The notes beneath the pieces are model-generated. The model ran no database searches. It worked only from the letters and a program-made list of their open reading frames with translations, and was not told the DNA's origin. From Pristiophorus japonicus (taxonomy: Eukaryota): a DNA stretch of 64,000 nucleotides. The position numbers and the translations under genes were made by a program. Shown piece after piece: positions 22,745-35,466 of the stretch. The number at the start of each line of letters is the position of its first letter. Position 1 is the first letter of the stretch. The stretch is taken from positions 35,154,001 to 35,218,000 of the forward strand of contig NC_091999.1 of assembly GCF_044704955.1 (NCBI RefSeq), written 5' to 3'.

Positions 22745-23320
22745 GGGCCCGAGTTTGGTCAAACCTGAATTCCGCCCAAGTACCGTTGAAAGGGCTGCTA
22801 AGATCCTCACGGTGCAGTGTGGAAGTTTGGTGGAAAAATGGGAAAAATAATGCCCAGTGGAAAAAAATTGGCCTTACACACCGATTACAGGCAGCAACGG
22901 GCCGTGGTTCGGATTCTGGCTGGTAAATGCGATCCTTGGCAAAGAAATGCCGACGATAGAATCCAGCCCATGGAGGGGGCAACGGGAAAAAACATTTCAA
23001 CAAATGAAATGGAAACTATTACAAATCGTTCAGAGGACCAACAAAATGGCAAAAAAATAAATGAAGAAAACAAGTGCACTAACCTTTTCTTGCAAGTCTC
23101 CATTCTCACCGTTCAGGTAAGAAATGCCTACACGCAGCAGTCTCTTCTGCTGCCAGAACGGAGGACTGGCTGAACCAATCTCGGGAGGGAGCGGGCGGGA
23201 AGTGTTTTGTCGGAGTTGCGACCTCACCAAAATCGATCGGAGAGGAGAGCATGCAAAATACAGGGAGAGCGTGGAGAAAACGCGGTGGCAGCTGGCAATA
23301 CGTCCAACAAATTCGGGCCC
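22745..23320. mobile_element. Non-autonomous DNA transposon (MITE), PIF/Harbinger-like
   Basis: TIRs GGGCCCGAGTTTG / CAAATTCGGGCCC (12 of 13 match); flanks TAT and TGT; no transposase. Confidence 0.75.
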
Positions 23321-23369
23321 TGTGATTCTGTGAAAATGTTACCACGTGCAACAGGGGCATTAAACAGAG

Positions 23370-24645
23370 GGCACAGCTATGACTGCACAAGACCATGTCT
23401 CAGTTTCTAGGCACTGTCTCTGTTTATATTGTATTAAGCCCTGTCTCTGTTTAAATTACACTAGACACTGTCTCTGTTTATATTACACCGGGCCCTGTCT
23501 CTATTCATATTACACACGACTCTGTCTCTGTTTATATTACACTAGATCCTGTCTCTGTTTATGTTACACTAGACCCTGTCTCTGTTTATATTACACTGGA
23601 TCCTGTTTCTGTTTAAATTACACTAGAACCTGTCTCTGTTTATAATACACTAGACTCTATCTCTGTTTATATTACACTAGACCCTGTCTTTCTTTATATT
23701 ACACGAGACCATGTCAATGTTGATATTACACTACAACCTGTCTCTGTTTATATTATACTGGACCCTGTCTCTGTTTATATTACACTAGACTCTGTCTCTG
23801 TTTATATAACACTAGTCCCTGACACTGTTTATTTTACACTGCAAGCTCTCTCTTTTTATATTATACTGGACCCTGTCACTGTTTATATTACATTAGACCC
23901 TGTCTCTGTTTATATTACACTGGGCCCTGTCTCTGTTTATATGACACTAGATCCTGTCTCTGTTTATATTAAATTGGGCCCTGTATCTGTTTATATTACA
24001 CAAGACCCTGTCTCTCTTTAGATTACACAAGACCATGTCAATGTTGATATTACACTACAACCTGTCTCTGTTTATATTATACTGGACCCTGTCTCTGTTT
24101 ATATTACACTAGACTTTGTCTCTGTTTATATAACACTAGTCCCTGTCACTGTTTATTTTACACTGCAAGCTGTCTTTGTTTATATTATACTGGACCCTGT
24201 CACTGCTTATATTACATTAGACCCTGTCTCTGTTTATAATACATCAGATTCTGTTTCTGTTTATATTACACCAGACACTGTCTCTGTTTATATTGTCCTC
24301 GACTCTGTCTCTCTTTATATTACACTAGACGATGTCTCTGTTTATTTTACACTAGACCTTGTCCCGGCTTATATTACATTAGAACCTGTCTCTGATTAAA
24401 TTACACTAGACCCTGTCCCTTTTTATATTACACTAGATCCTGTCCCTGTTTATATTACATTAGACCTTGTCCCTGTTTATATTACATTAGACCTTGTCCC
24501 TGTTTATATTATACTAGACCCTATCTCTGTTTATATTACATTAGACATTGCCCCTGTTTATATTACACTATCCCTATCTCTGTTTATATTACACTAGACC
24601 CTGTCTCTGCTTATATTACACGGGGTCATGTATTCATTGCACTGC
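23370..24645 (+). repeat. 27-bp minisatellite, long homogeneous array
   Basis: Tandem units; includes a higher-order duplicated block (23705 and 24028 gaccatgtcaatgttg...). Confidence 0.95.
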
Positions 24646-24659
24646 ACAAGACAACGTCT

Positions 24660-25115
24660 GTTTGTGTCAGCCAAGGCTCAGTGTATCTCACTTTCCCCTC
24701 GGTCTAAGTTAGTTTTGCGATAAACTCACAATCCAGAGACTTGAGCGCAAAGTCCAGACACATCAATCCTGGTGCCAGTATTGAGTGATTGCAGCACTGT
24801 CGAAGTTGCCGACTTTGGGTTGAGAAGTTAACCCGAGGCCCCATCTGCCCCTCAGATCAACTTAAATGGTCCGATGGCATGATTGTGCAGAAGAGCGGGT
24901 GATTTTTCCCCAGTGTCCGGTTCAATAACTTCCACTCAACAAACAATACTGAGAAAACCGATTATCTTCGCATTGATCATTTGCAGTTTGTGGGATCTTG
25001 CTGCCATGTTTCTCACATTACAACAGTGACGAAACTTCAAGGAATTTCATTGGCGGCAAAGCTCTTTGGGACGTGCTCAGGTGGTGAAAGGGGCTGTGTA
25101 AATGCAAGTCTTTCT
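24660..25115 (+). mobile_element. tRNA-derived Deu-domain-type SINE (SacSINE1-like)
   Basis: gtcagccaaggctcagtg head, cgaggccccatctgccc core, gtgaaagg...taaatgcaagtcttt L2-like tail; a head fragment also lies at ~2065-2140. Confidence 0.7.
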
Positions 25116-25204
25116 TTCTTATTGATGGGTGCATTTTATTTTGAATAATCTTCAAATGATGCATTTCCACGCCGAGGAAGGAGTAATATCAGCACATGGA
25201 CAGC

Positions 25205-25650
25205 AACACACACATCAATGTGTTCCGCACACATCAGCATGATCCTCACACACATCAATGTTAATTGCATACATAAATTTGTTCCACACACACATCAATG
25301 TGTTCCATACACAGACATCAATTTGTTCCACACACACACATCAATGTACTCCACACACATCAATGTGCTCCACACATATATCAATGTGCTCCACACACAC
25401 ACATATCAATGTGCTCCACACAGACATCAATCTGCTCCACACACACACATATCAATGTGCTCCACACACATCTGAATGTGCTCCACACACACACATATGA
25501 ATGTGGTCCACACACACATCAATGTGCTCCACACACATACATATCAATATGCTCCACACACACATCAATGCGCTCCACACAGATACATCAATGTATTCCA
25601 CACGCACACATAAATGTGCTCCTAAACACATCAATGTGCTCCACACACAA
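25205..25650 (+). repeat. CA-rich ~20-bp repeat (CACACACATCAATGTGCTC)n
   Basis: Read directly. Confidence 0.95.
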
Positions 25651-25704
25651 TAAATGGTGTTAAAATGTTGGTAATTAACAAAAGCGAAAGTCCAGTTATT
25701 CAAG

Positions 25705-25927
25705 GGGCAGTCAAGGAATGAGTTGAGGCTAGCTCATTGAATGTATTCAAGTCACAGATAGATAGATTTTTAACCAATAAGGGAATTGAGGGTTACCGGG
25801 AGCGGGCGGGTAAATGGAGCTGAGACCACGGTCAGATCAGCCATGATCTTGTTGAATGGCGGAGCAGGCTCGAGGGGATAGATGGCCTACTCCTGTTCTT
25901 AATTCTTATGTTCTTATGTTCTTATGT
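25705..25927 (+). mobile_element. CR1 3' end
   Basis: 3'UTR and (TTCTTATG)3 tail. Confidence 0.9.
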
Positions 25928-26174
25928 ATTAAATAAATTATTTTGCGCTGGGTGAGCGAGAGGTGTTAATCAGTATGTCCAAATAAGTCCCTTCCCTTCC
26001 TCATATTGTAGCATATAATCTTATTAGCTCACTGTGCAGAAATAGGCCATTTGGCCCATCGCATCCTTACTGGACCTCTACTGGAATAACCGAAATCTAA
26101 TTATGATGGTCCGCTCTTTCTGCATAGCTTGGTATCATACTTGCTTCAGACAATTTTTCCACCGTCCTCTTGAA

Positions 26175-26216
26175 AGATGTTCTGATGAAGGGTCATCGAC
26201 CTGAAACGTTAACTCT
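26175..26216 (+). ncRNA. Minimal type I hammerhead ribozyme motif in a Penelope-like repeat (repeat extends to ~26270; partial second unit 26415-26492)
   Basis: AGA(U)GUU-CUGAUGA-A-GGGUC/AUC/GACCU-GAAA-CGUU-AACUCU. Confidence 0.7.
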
Positions 26217-27164
26217 GTTTCTCTCTCCTGCCTGGCCCACTGAGACTTCCAGCCTTTTCTATTTTTGTTTTAATCCTTAAAACATGTAGCGGCCTTTCTC
26301 TCAAAGAGTGCCTCACGCGCATAACCTCTCTCCTCTTTGCCCCAGACTTAACAAATCTCCTCTCTGCCTTTCTCTCTCAGACATCACCTAACTCACACAA
26401 CCTCTCTCCTCTCTCTGAAGCGTTAAGCCTGTTTCTCTCTCCACAGATGCTGCCTCACCAGCTGAGATTTAAAGTGTTTTGTGTTTTTATTTTGTCACTT
26501 AAAAGATGTAGTGGCCTTTGCCTCAGAGAACACCTAACGAACTCTCCCTCTCCCCGATCTCTCCCTCTCTGTCTCTCAGACAGCATCTAAATTATCTAAA
26601 ACCGACTATTTTCCAATAGCACTGTTTGGGGTAAATTCATTTTTATTTCCCCTCTTTTATCCCAGTGATCACATTCAGTCCATCGCGCTCGTTAGTGAAC
26701 GTGTTAAACCCCCAAAAAAGTTATTCGGTTTTAATCGTTAACGTGAGAATGGAGGTGAATGCAATATTGAGATGAAGGGCAATCTGTGCTGTGGGTCTTG
26801 GTGCTGTCAGGGTGAGGCCTCCCTCACAGACGGGAAGCCTGTTCATGGTGATAACATCAAACTGACGCTATTTCAGTCTCAGGCATCACAACTTCCTGTT
26901 TCTGTGCTGCCGGCTCCAAACCGCACATCTCACTTCTGGGCAGTAAATAAACGCAGGGGTCGCAATCTGGTGGAAACATCTGACAAGGAGACCTATATCT
27001 GGCCAGGGAGTCGGTGCAGAGCCACGCATTGCGGTGACATTTGCAAATGAGGCTGTTGTTCAGAGTGTCCATTCTGGAAATGACTAGCGGTGTGTGTGGA
27101 TCAGCCACTGAGCTCCCTCTGCTCTCTGAAGCCGGGAGCTGGTCACTCACTCCCTTTCATTTGA

Positions 27165-27412
27165 TATGGTGATGTTTTTCTTTACGCAGCGAGTTGTTGT
27201 GAAATGGAACACACTGCCTGGCAGGGTGGTGGAAGCAGATTCAGTAATAACTCTTGAATGGGAATTGGACAGATACATGAAGGGAGAACATCACAGGGCT
27301 ATGGGGAAAGAGCAGGGGAGGGGGACTAATTGGATTGCTCTTTCAAAGAGCCGGCACAGGCACGATGGGCTGAACGGACTCTTTCCGTGATGTATCATTC
27401 TGTGATTCTACT
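27165..27412 (+). mobile_element. CR1 3' end
   Basis: FFTQRVV...WNTLP; attctgtgattct tail. Confidence 0.85.
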
Positions 27413-28089
27413 TCTCAGCTTTTATCTCCCACCATCTCGTTTCTCCTCTTTTTAAGTCTCTTTCTCTCTTTCTCAGTCTTTCTGGGCTTCATACATTAAA
27501 GTTTAGACTACAGAAGTGGGCCGAATACTGCAGCTGGGGCCGAACCTGTGATTTATAAACCTTTAGCAATAACGTCCTTGCTTTAGATTGGAAATTGGCG
27601 GCAAAATAATCTGGTATGTTCTCCCAGTGGAGTTTCTGTCCCTTCTGGAGAAGGTACTGAACCGATTGCTTTAAAACAAGAAACTCCCTTTGTTGCGGTT
27701 ACACTAAGAGCCCTGGGAGTCATTTTCATCATCACGCTCGGGCGGTAACCCTGTCGCAGGATCCATCACCTGTAATAAAAACATAAGAACATAAGAAATA
27801 GGAGCAGTTGTAGGTCAAACGGCCCCTCGAGCCTGCTGCACCATTTAATATCAAGGGTCTGCAGGTTTTCTCAAGGCCTCAAAGGGGCTCACATCAACTT
27901 TCATCTTTCAGTCCTCTTCCACCCTTGTATTTTCACACCAGACCTCGCTTCTGTTGTGATCTCTTCCCGATGTTATTCTTAAACCAGATCCCATTTCTTC
28001 TCTTGTAACACCACACTCCCCGCCTCTATTAGACAGGAGCATAGGAACACGAGGAGAATGGTCTGCCCCTCGATCCTGTATCGATAGCC

Positions 28090-30235
28090 AATTACATAAG
28101 AACGTAAGAAAACGTAGCAGGACTCGGGCATGCGGCCTCTCAAGACTGCTCCGCCATTTAATATCATCATAGCTGATCCGATCAGGGACTCAGCTCCACT
28201 TCCCTCCCCGCTCTCCATAACCCCTTATTACCTTATCAGTTAAGAAACTGTCTATCCGGTCTTAAATTTATACAGTGACCCAGCTTCCACAGTTCTCTGA
28301 GATAGCGAATTCAACAGATTTACAACCCTCTGAGAGAAAAAGTTCCCCCTCATCTCAGTTTTAAATGAGCGGCCACTTATTATAAAATTATAGAATCATA
28401 GAAACATAGAAAATAGGTGCAGGAGTAGGCATTTGGGCCCTTTGAACCTGCACAACCATTCAATAAGTTCATGGCTGATCATTCTCCTCAGTATCCCGTT
28501 CCTGCTTTCTCTTCATACCCCTTGATCCCTTCATCCCTTGAATATATCCAATGAACTGGCATCAACATCTCTCTATGGTCGAGAATTCCACATGTTAACA
28601 ACTCTCTGAGTGAAGAAGCTTATCCCCATTTCAGTCCTAAATGGCTTACCCCTTATCCGTAACTTTTGTCCCCTGGTTCTGGACTTCACCAACATCGGGA
28701 ACATTCTTCCTGCATCCAACCTGTGCAGTCCCGTCAGAATTTTACATGTTTCTATGAGATCCCCTCTCATCCTTCTAAACTCCAGTGAAACAGGCTCAGT
28801 CGACCCAGTCTCTTCTCATATGTCACTGCTGTCAACCCGGGAATCAGTCTGGTGAACCTTCGCTGCACTCCCTCAATAGCAAAAACGTCCTTCCTCAGAT
28901 TAGGAGAACAAAACTAAACACAATATTCCAGGTGAGGCCTCACCAAGGCTCTGTACAACTCCGGTAAGACCTCCCTGCGCCTATACACAAATCCTCTAGC
29001 TATAAAGGACAACATACCATTTGCCTTCTTCACCGCCTGCTGTGTCTGCATGCAAACTTTCAATGACAGACGTACCATGGCACGCAGGTCTCGTTGCAAC
29101 TCCCGTTTTCCTGATCCCCTGCCATTCAGATGATATTCTGCCTTCGTGTTTTTGACACCAAAGAGGATAACCTCACATTTATCCACATTATACTGCATCT
29201 GCATTGCACTTTCCCACTCACCTAAACAGACCTAGTCACCCTGACGCCTCTTAGCATCCTCCTCACAGTTCAAACCGCCACCCATCTTCGTGTCATCTGC
29301 AAACTTGGAGATAGTACACTCAATTCCTTCATCTAAATCATTGATGTATATTGTAAATTGTTGGGGTCCCAGCACTGAGCCCTACAGCACCCCACTAGTC
29401 ATTGCCTGCTATTCTGAAAAAGACCCGTTTATGCTGAAACTCTGCTTCTTGTCTGCCAAACAGTTCTCTATCCACGACAGTACATTACCCCCCAATACCA
29501 TGCGCTTTAATTTTGCGTCACAATCTCTTGTGTGGGACCTTGTCAAAAGCCTTTTGAAATTCCAAATACACCACATACACTGGTTCTCCCTTGACTACTC
29601 TTTGTTACATCCTCGAAAAATTCTAGAAAATTTGTCAAGCATGATTTACCTTTCCTAAATCCATGCTGACTTGAACCGATCCTGACACTGCTTTCCAAAT
29701 GCGCTGCTATTCCATCTTTAATGATTGATTCCAACATTTTCTCCACGACTGATGTCATGCTAACCGGTCCATAAATACCCGTTTTCTCTCACCCTCCTTT
29801 GTTAAAAAGTTGTATTACATTAGCTACACTCTAGTCCATAGGAATTGATCCAAAGTCGATAGACTTTTGGAAAATGATCACCAATGCACCCACTATTTCT
29901 AGGGCCACTTCCTTAAGTACTCCGGGATGCAGACTATCAGGCCCCGGGGACTTATCGGCCTTCAACACCATCAATTTCCCTAACAATTTCCAGGCTAATA
30001 ACGATTTCCTTCAGTTCCTCCTTCTCACTAGACCCTCGTTCCCGCAATATTTCATGAAGGTTATTTGTGTCTTCTTTCTTGAAGACTTAACCAAAGCATT
30101 TGTTCAACTGGTCTGCCATTTCTTTGTTCCCCATTATAAATTCACTTAAATCTGACTGCAAGGGATCTACTTTTGTCTTAACTAATCTTTTTCTCTTCAC
30201 GTATCGATAGAAGCTTTTGCATTCAGTTTTCAGTT
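28090..30235 (-). mobile_element. Two adjacent decayed CR1 copies (28090-28385 and 28395-30235)
   Basis: RT and C-terminal peptides in ORFs 28573-28770, 28914-29204, 29543-29758; 8-bp tails. Confidence 0.9.
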
Positions 30236-30244
30236 CTGACAGAA

Positions 30245-31020
30245 AACCCTAGTTCTCGTTCTAGTATCCCCTATTAGTGGAAACATCCTCTCTGCATCCA
30301 CTATGTAAAGCCCCCCATAATCTTATAGGTTTCGAGAAGATCACCTCTCATTCTTCTCAACTCCAATGAGTTGAGGCCCAACCTACTCAACCTTTACTCA
30401 TAATTAACCCCTCATCTCCGGAATCAACCTTGTGAACCTTCTCTGAACTGCCTCCAAAGCAAGTTCATCCAGTCGTAAATATGGAAAACAAAACTGCACA
30501 AAGTATTCCAGGTGTGACCTCACCAATACCCTGTACAACTGTAGCAAGATTTCCCTGCTTTTATACTCCATCCCCTTTGCGACAAATGCCAATATTCTAT
30601 TGGCCTTCCTGATCACTTGCTCTACTTGCATACTAATATTTTGTGTTTCTTGCACAAGTGCCCCCAGGTCCCGCTGTACTGCGGCAATTTTGCAATTTTT
30701 CTCCATTTAAATAATAACTTGATCTTTGATTTTTTTTCTGCCAAACTACAACTAAAGGGCAAAATCTTAAAATAAGGGGCAGCCCATTTAAAACTGAGAT
30801 GAGGAGGAATTTCTTCCCTCAGATGGCTGTAAATCTGTGGAATTCGCTGCCTCAGAGAGCTGTGGAATCCGGATCATTGAATGAATGTAAGACAGAAATA
30901 TACAGTTTCTAAAACGATAAGGGAATAAGGGGTTATGGGGAGCGGATAGGGAAGTGGACCTCAGTCCATGATCGCTTCAGCCATGATCTTTTTCAATGGC
31001 GGAGCAGGCTCGAGGGGCCG
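30245..31020. mobile_element. 5'-inverted CR1 insertion (30245-30744 minus, 30745-31020 plus)
   Basis: Minus part ends and plus part starts at the same element position (ACTAGAACTAGGG). Confidence 0.7.
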
Positions 31021-31194
31021 TAAGAAAATAAGAAATAGAAGCATGAGCAGTCTATTTGGCCCCTCGAGTCTGCTCCACCATTTAATAAGATCATGGCTGA
31101 TCTGCTGCTGGGCTCAGTTTCACTTCCCTGCCCGCTCCACATAACCCTTCACACCCTTACTCAAAAATCTGTTGAACTCCACCTTAAATATATT

Positions 31195-32530
31195 AAGTCG
31201 TAGCAGGATATTTAGAAAATCATAATTGCAATCAAGCAGCATAAGCATGGTTTTATGAAAGGGAAATCGTGTTTGATAAATTTATTAGCGTTCTTTGAGG
31301 ATATAACGACCAAGGGTGGATGAAGCGGAACTGGTAGATGTAGTGTATTTGGATTTCCAAAAGGCATTCGATAAGGTTGCACATAAAGATTACTATCCAT
31401 GATAAGAGGTCATAGTTTTGGGGGTAATATGGATGGAGGATTTGCTAACTAACAGAAAACAGGGTTGGGATAAAAGGGTCATTTTCAGGTTGGCAACTGT
31501 AACTAGTGGGGTGCCACAGGGATCAATGCTGGAGCCGCAACTATTTACAATCTATATTAATGACTTGGATTAAATGACAGTGTAATGTTGGCAAATTTAC
31601 TGATTACACAAAGATGGGTGGGAATGCAAGTTGTGAAGAGGACACAAAGAGTCTGCAAAGGGATATAGACAGGCTCAGTGAGTGGACAGAAAAATTGGCA
31701 GCTGGCTTATAATGTGGGAAAATGTGAGGTTATCAACTTAGGTAGGAAGAATAAAAAAGCAAAGTATTGTTTAAATGGAGAGAGACTACAGAATGCTGCG
31801 TGATAGAGGTATTTTGGGGTCCTTGTACATGAAACACAAACAGTTAGCATGTAGATAGAGCAAGTAATCTGGAAGGCAAATTGAATGTTGAGCTTTATTG
31901 CAAGGGGGATGGAGTATAAAAGTAGGGAAGTCCTGCTACAATTGTACAGGGTGTTGGTGAGACCACACCTGGAGTATTGCGTACAGTTTTTGTCTCCTTA
32001 TTTAAGAAAGTACATACTTGCATTGGAGGCAGTTCAGAGAAGGTTCATGTGGTTAATTCCTGAAATGAAAGTGTAGCCTTATCAGAACATTGTGAGCAGG
32101 TTGGGCCTGTACTCATTGGTGTTTAGAAGAATATGAGGTAATCTTATTGGTGAATATACGATTCTGAGGGGGCTTGACAGGGCAGATGCTGAGAGGATAT
32201 TTCCCCTCCTTGGGGAATCAAGAACTAGGCGGCATAATTTCAGAATAAGGGGTCACCCATTTAACACGGAGATGTGGAGGAATTTCTTCTATCAGAGGGT
32301 CGTGGATCTTAGGAATTCCCTACCTCTGAAAGCTGCAGAAGCTGGGACATTGAATATATTCAAGACTGAGACTGACAGATTCTTGAACTACAGGGGAGTC
32401 AAGGGTTCGGGGTACAGGCAGTAAAGTGGAGTTGAGGCCAATATCAGGTCAGCCATAAGCTGATTGAATGGCGGCGCAGTCTTGAGGGGCCGAATGGCCC
32501 ACTCCTGCTCCTAGTTCTTATGTTCTTATA
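31195..32530 (+). mobile_element. Decayed CR1 RT-3' fragment
   Basis: [27 protein letters not shown]; (TTCTTATG) tail. Confidence 0.9.
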
Positions 32531-32534
32531 TAGC

Positions 32535-33060
32535 AAACACTTCGTGTGTGTTTTTTTTGTTCCTCTCAACAAACTGAGAGCTGTTGAAATCAGTGGACAT
32601 AGGTCCCTGCGCATGCAGATCCGGCGGTGCTGTGAGGTCACGGTTCCAGGCTCTGTCTGACACAATCAGTGCGCCATGTGAAAGCTAATGGAAATTATTG
32701 CAGGAAAAACAATCCTTAACATTAAAAACTGTGCGCAATTGGCACAGGGCAACACAAGTGTGAATTAGTAACATTTAACACACAGAGTGCCACGAAGTAA
32801 TGCAAAGTGCAGTGAATTGCTCACCTTCAGTCCAGTCCCTCAATCCCAGTCCATCTCTGGGATATTTTCACAAGATTCACCCCATTCTCGCAACACAAAT
32901 ATTAACGTCACAATACCAGATCAATATGACATTGCCCAATACTGCTGATAGCTGTTAACAAGAATAAATTTGCTCCTAAGTAAATAAAAATAATTACATC
33001 CTCTCACTCACGCAAATATATATTTTGACGATTATCAATATCTATCTATCATCTGTCTCT
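32535..33060 (-). repeat. Third, inverted copy of the unique block at 2200-2729 / 16520-17050
   Basis: Reverse complement contains gtgtcagacagagcctggaaccgtgacctcacagcacc and cccagagatggactgggattgagggac. Confidence 0.9.
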
Positions 33061-34330
33061 CTACCTTACAGAGACAGGGTCTAGTGTAATATAAACAGAG
33101 ACATGTTGTAGTGCAGTAATAACTGAGGCAGGGTCTCGTGTGATATAAACAGGGACAGGGTCTAGAATAATATAAAGAGTCAGGGTCTCGAATAATATAA
33201 AGAGACAGGGCCTAGTGTAATATAAACAAAGACAAGGCCTTGGGTAATATAAACAGAGATACGGTATAGTGTAGTAATAACTGAGACAGTTACTGCTGTA
33301 TAATAAATATAATTTTGCTGTAATCACTGAGGTACTGCCTAATGCAATCTTTTTTTATTTCTTCGTCATGGGGTCTGGATTTCACTGGCAAGGCGAGCAT
33401 TTATTGTCCTTCCCTACATGCCCTTGAGAAGGTGGTGGTGAGCCGCCTTCTTGAACCACTGCAATGCGTGTGGTGAAAATACTCAGTGCTGACTTTGTTC
33501 TAGCGGTTTGATACAACTGATTGGCTTACTGGGTCATTCCAGTGGGCAGTTAAGAGACCCTTGCTGTGGGTATGGAGTCACATATAGGCCAGACTGGGTA
33601 AGGATGGCAGATTTCATTCCCTAAAGGACAATCCGGTAATTTCATGGTCAGCATTACTCATACTAGCTTATGATTCCAATTTTATATTCAGTTAACTGAA
33701 TTTAAATTCGCCCAGCTGTTGTGGCTGGATTTGAAATCACGTCTCTGGATTATTCTTCTTGATCTGTGGATTAGTCCAGTAACATAACCACTATGCTACC
33801 GCACACTGTATAAACAGAGTCATGTTGTATGGCGGTAATAACTGAGACAGGTTTTCTTGTAAGTTAAACAGAGAGAGAGTGTTTCGTGTAATGTAAACAG
33901 AGACAGGGTCTAGTGTAATGTAAACGTCTATGATTCTATCACCACCTCTCATCATTTTAATCACCTCAGTAAATGTAACTAAGACACAGCCTTGCATAAT
34001 ATAAAAATATGTATGGTCTAGTGCAGTAATAACTAGGACAAGGTCGAGTGCAATATGAACAGCAGGTTATGCTGTAAAAGATTTCACACATGGTCTAGGG
34101 CAGTAATAACTGAGACAGGGCCCAGTGTAACTTAAACAGAGACAGGGTCTAGTGTAATATAAACAGTGTCAGGGCCTTGTGTAAAATAAACAGAGACAGG
34201 GTCTAGTGTATTATAAACAGAGACAGGATCTAATGGAATATAAACAGAGTCAAGGTCTAGTGTATTAAACCAGAGACAGGGTCTAGTGGAATATAAACTG
34301 AGACAAGGTCTAGTGTGATGTAAACGTCTA
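33060..34330 (-). repeat. 27-bp minisatellite (reverse orientation) interrupted by a SINE/LINE-tail element at ~33350-33800
   Basis: tagtgtaatataaacagagacagggtc units; gcccttgagaaggtggtggtgagccgccttcttgaacc LINE tail with tRNA-like head. Confidence 0.8.
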
Positions 34331-34456
34331 ATGATTCTTTCACCACCTTTCAGAATTTAATCACCTCTTAAAATCAACCTTTAACCTTCCCTGCTCAATC
34401 CCAATTTCTCTAGTCTCTGCATAACTGAAATGCCTCATTCCTGGTAGAATTCTAGT

Positions 34457-34790
34457 CGAGGATGACTTGCTTCCACTCTAATAGTGAGTTATCGGGTGAC
34501 TGGAGAGTCCGATGCGGGACCTACAGTCTATGTCGCATGTGGTCAGACAGTGGTTGAAGGAAAGGGTGGGTGGGGAGTCTGGTTTGCGGCATGCTCTTTC
34601 GGCTGTTCACACTTGGTTTCTACATGCTCTCGGCGATGAGACTCAGCGCCCTTCCGAATGCTCTTCTTCCATTTAGGGTGGTCTTTGGCCAGAGAGTTCC
34701 AGGTGCTGGTGGGGCTGTTGCACTTTATCAAGGAGGCCTTGAGGGTGTCCTTGAAACGTTTCCTCTGCTCGCTTGCCGTGTTGAAGCTCC
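34457..34790 (-). mobile_element. RTE-clade LINE 3' fragment
   Basis: QRKRFKDTLKASLIKC...W..LAKDHPKW is a typical RTE C-terminus. Confidence 0.8.
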
Positions 34791-34856
34791 ACGTAGGAAC
34801 CGCTGTGTCATGCCCCACAACGCTTCCGAGAGCTCCGCGCTCCTCCAATACTTGAC

Positions 34857-35085
34857 TGTTGAGCATCCCTGATTTTAATAACCCCACCATCGCCATGCCT
34901 TCAGCTGCCAAGGCCCTAACCTCTGGAATTCCCTCCCTAACACTCTCCACCTGTCTTCCCTTCTTTAAGAAGCTCCGTAAAACGTACTCTTTGATGAAGC
35001 TTTTGATCACCTATCCCAATATCTCATTCTGTGACTCGGTGTCACAATTTGTTTGATAACACTCCTCTGAAGTGCTTTTAGGGCA
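34857..35085 (+). mobile_element. L2-type 3' end
   Basis: gccttcagctgccaaggccctaacctctggaattccctccc, matches 57200-57250. Confidence 0.65.
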
Positions 35086-35089
35086 TGAA

Positions 35090-35466
35090 GTTGCCCCAAT
35101 TCTGAAGGGATGGGACAGGTGAGCTGCGGGTAGAATGTTCCCGATGTTGGGGAAGTCCAGAACCAGGGGACACAGTCTTAGGATAAGCGCTAGATCATTT
35201 AGGACTGATATGAGGAGACATTTCTTCACTCAGAGAGTTGTTAGCCTGTGGAATTCCTGCCACAGAGAGTTGTTGATGCCAGTTCATTGGATATATTCAA
35301 GAGGGGGTTTGATATGACCCTTCCGGCTTAGGGGATCATGTGGTATGGAGAGAAAGCAGGAAAGGGGTACTGAGGTGAACGATCAGCCATGATCTTATTG
35401 AATGGTTGTGCAGGGTCGAAGTGCCGAAAGGCCTAATCCTGCACCTATTTTCTATGTTTCTATGTT
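35090..35466 (+). mobile_element. CR1 3' end
   Basis: MFPMLGKSRTRGHSLRI; (TTTCTATG)n tail. Confidence 0.9.

Noticed and set aside
25218-25703. His/Thr-rich ORFs
   Set aside because: Translations of the CA-rich repeat
26772-27050. 92-aa ORF or leader-like SVLWVLVLS exon
   Set aside because: No homology recognised; the hydrophobic frame has an upstream stop and no ATG
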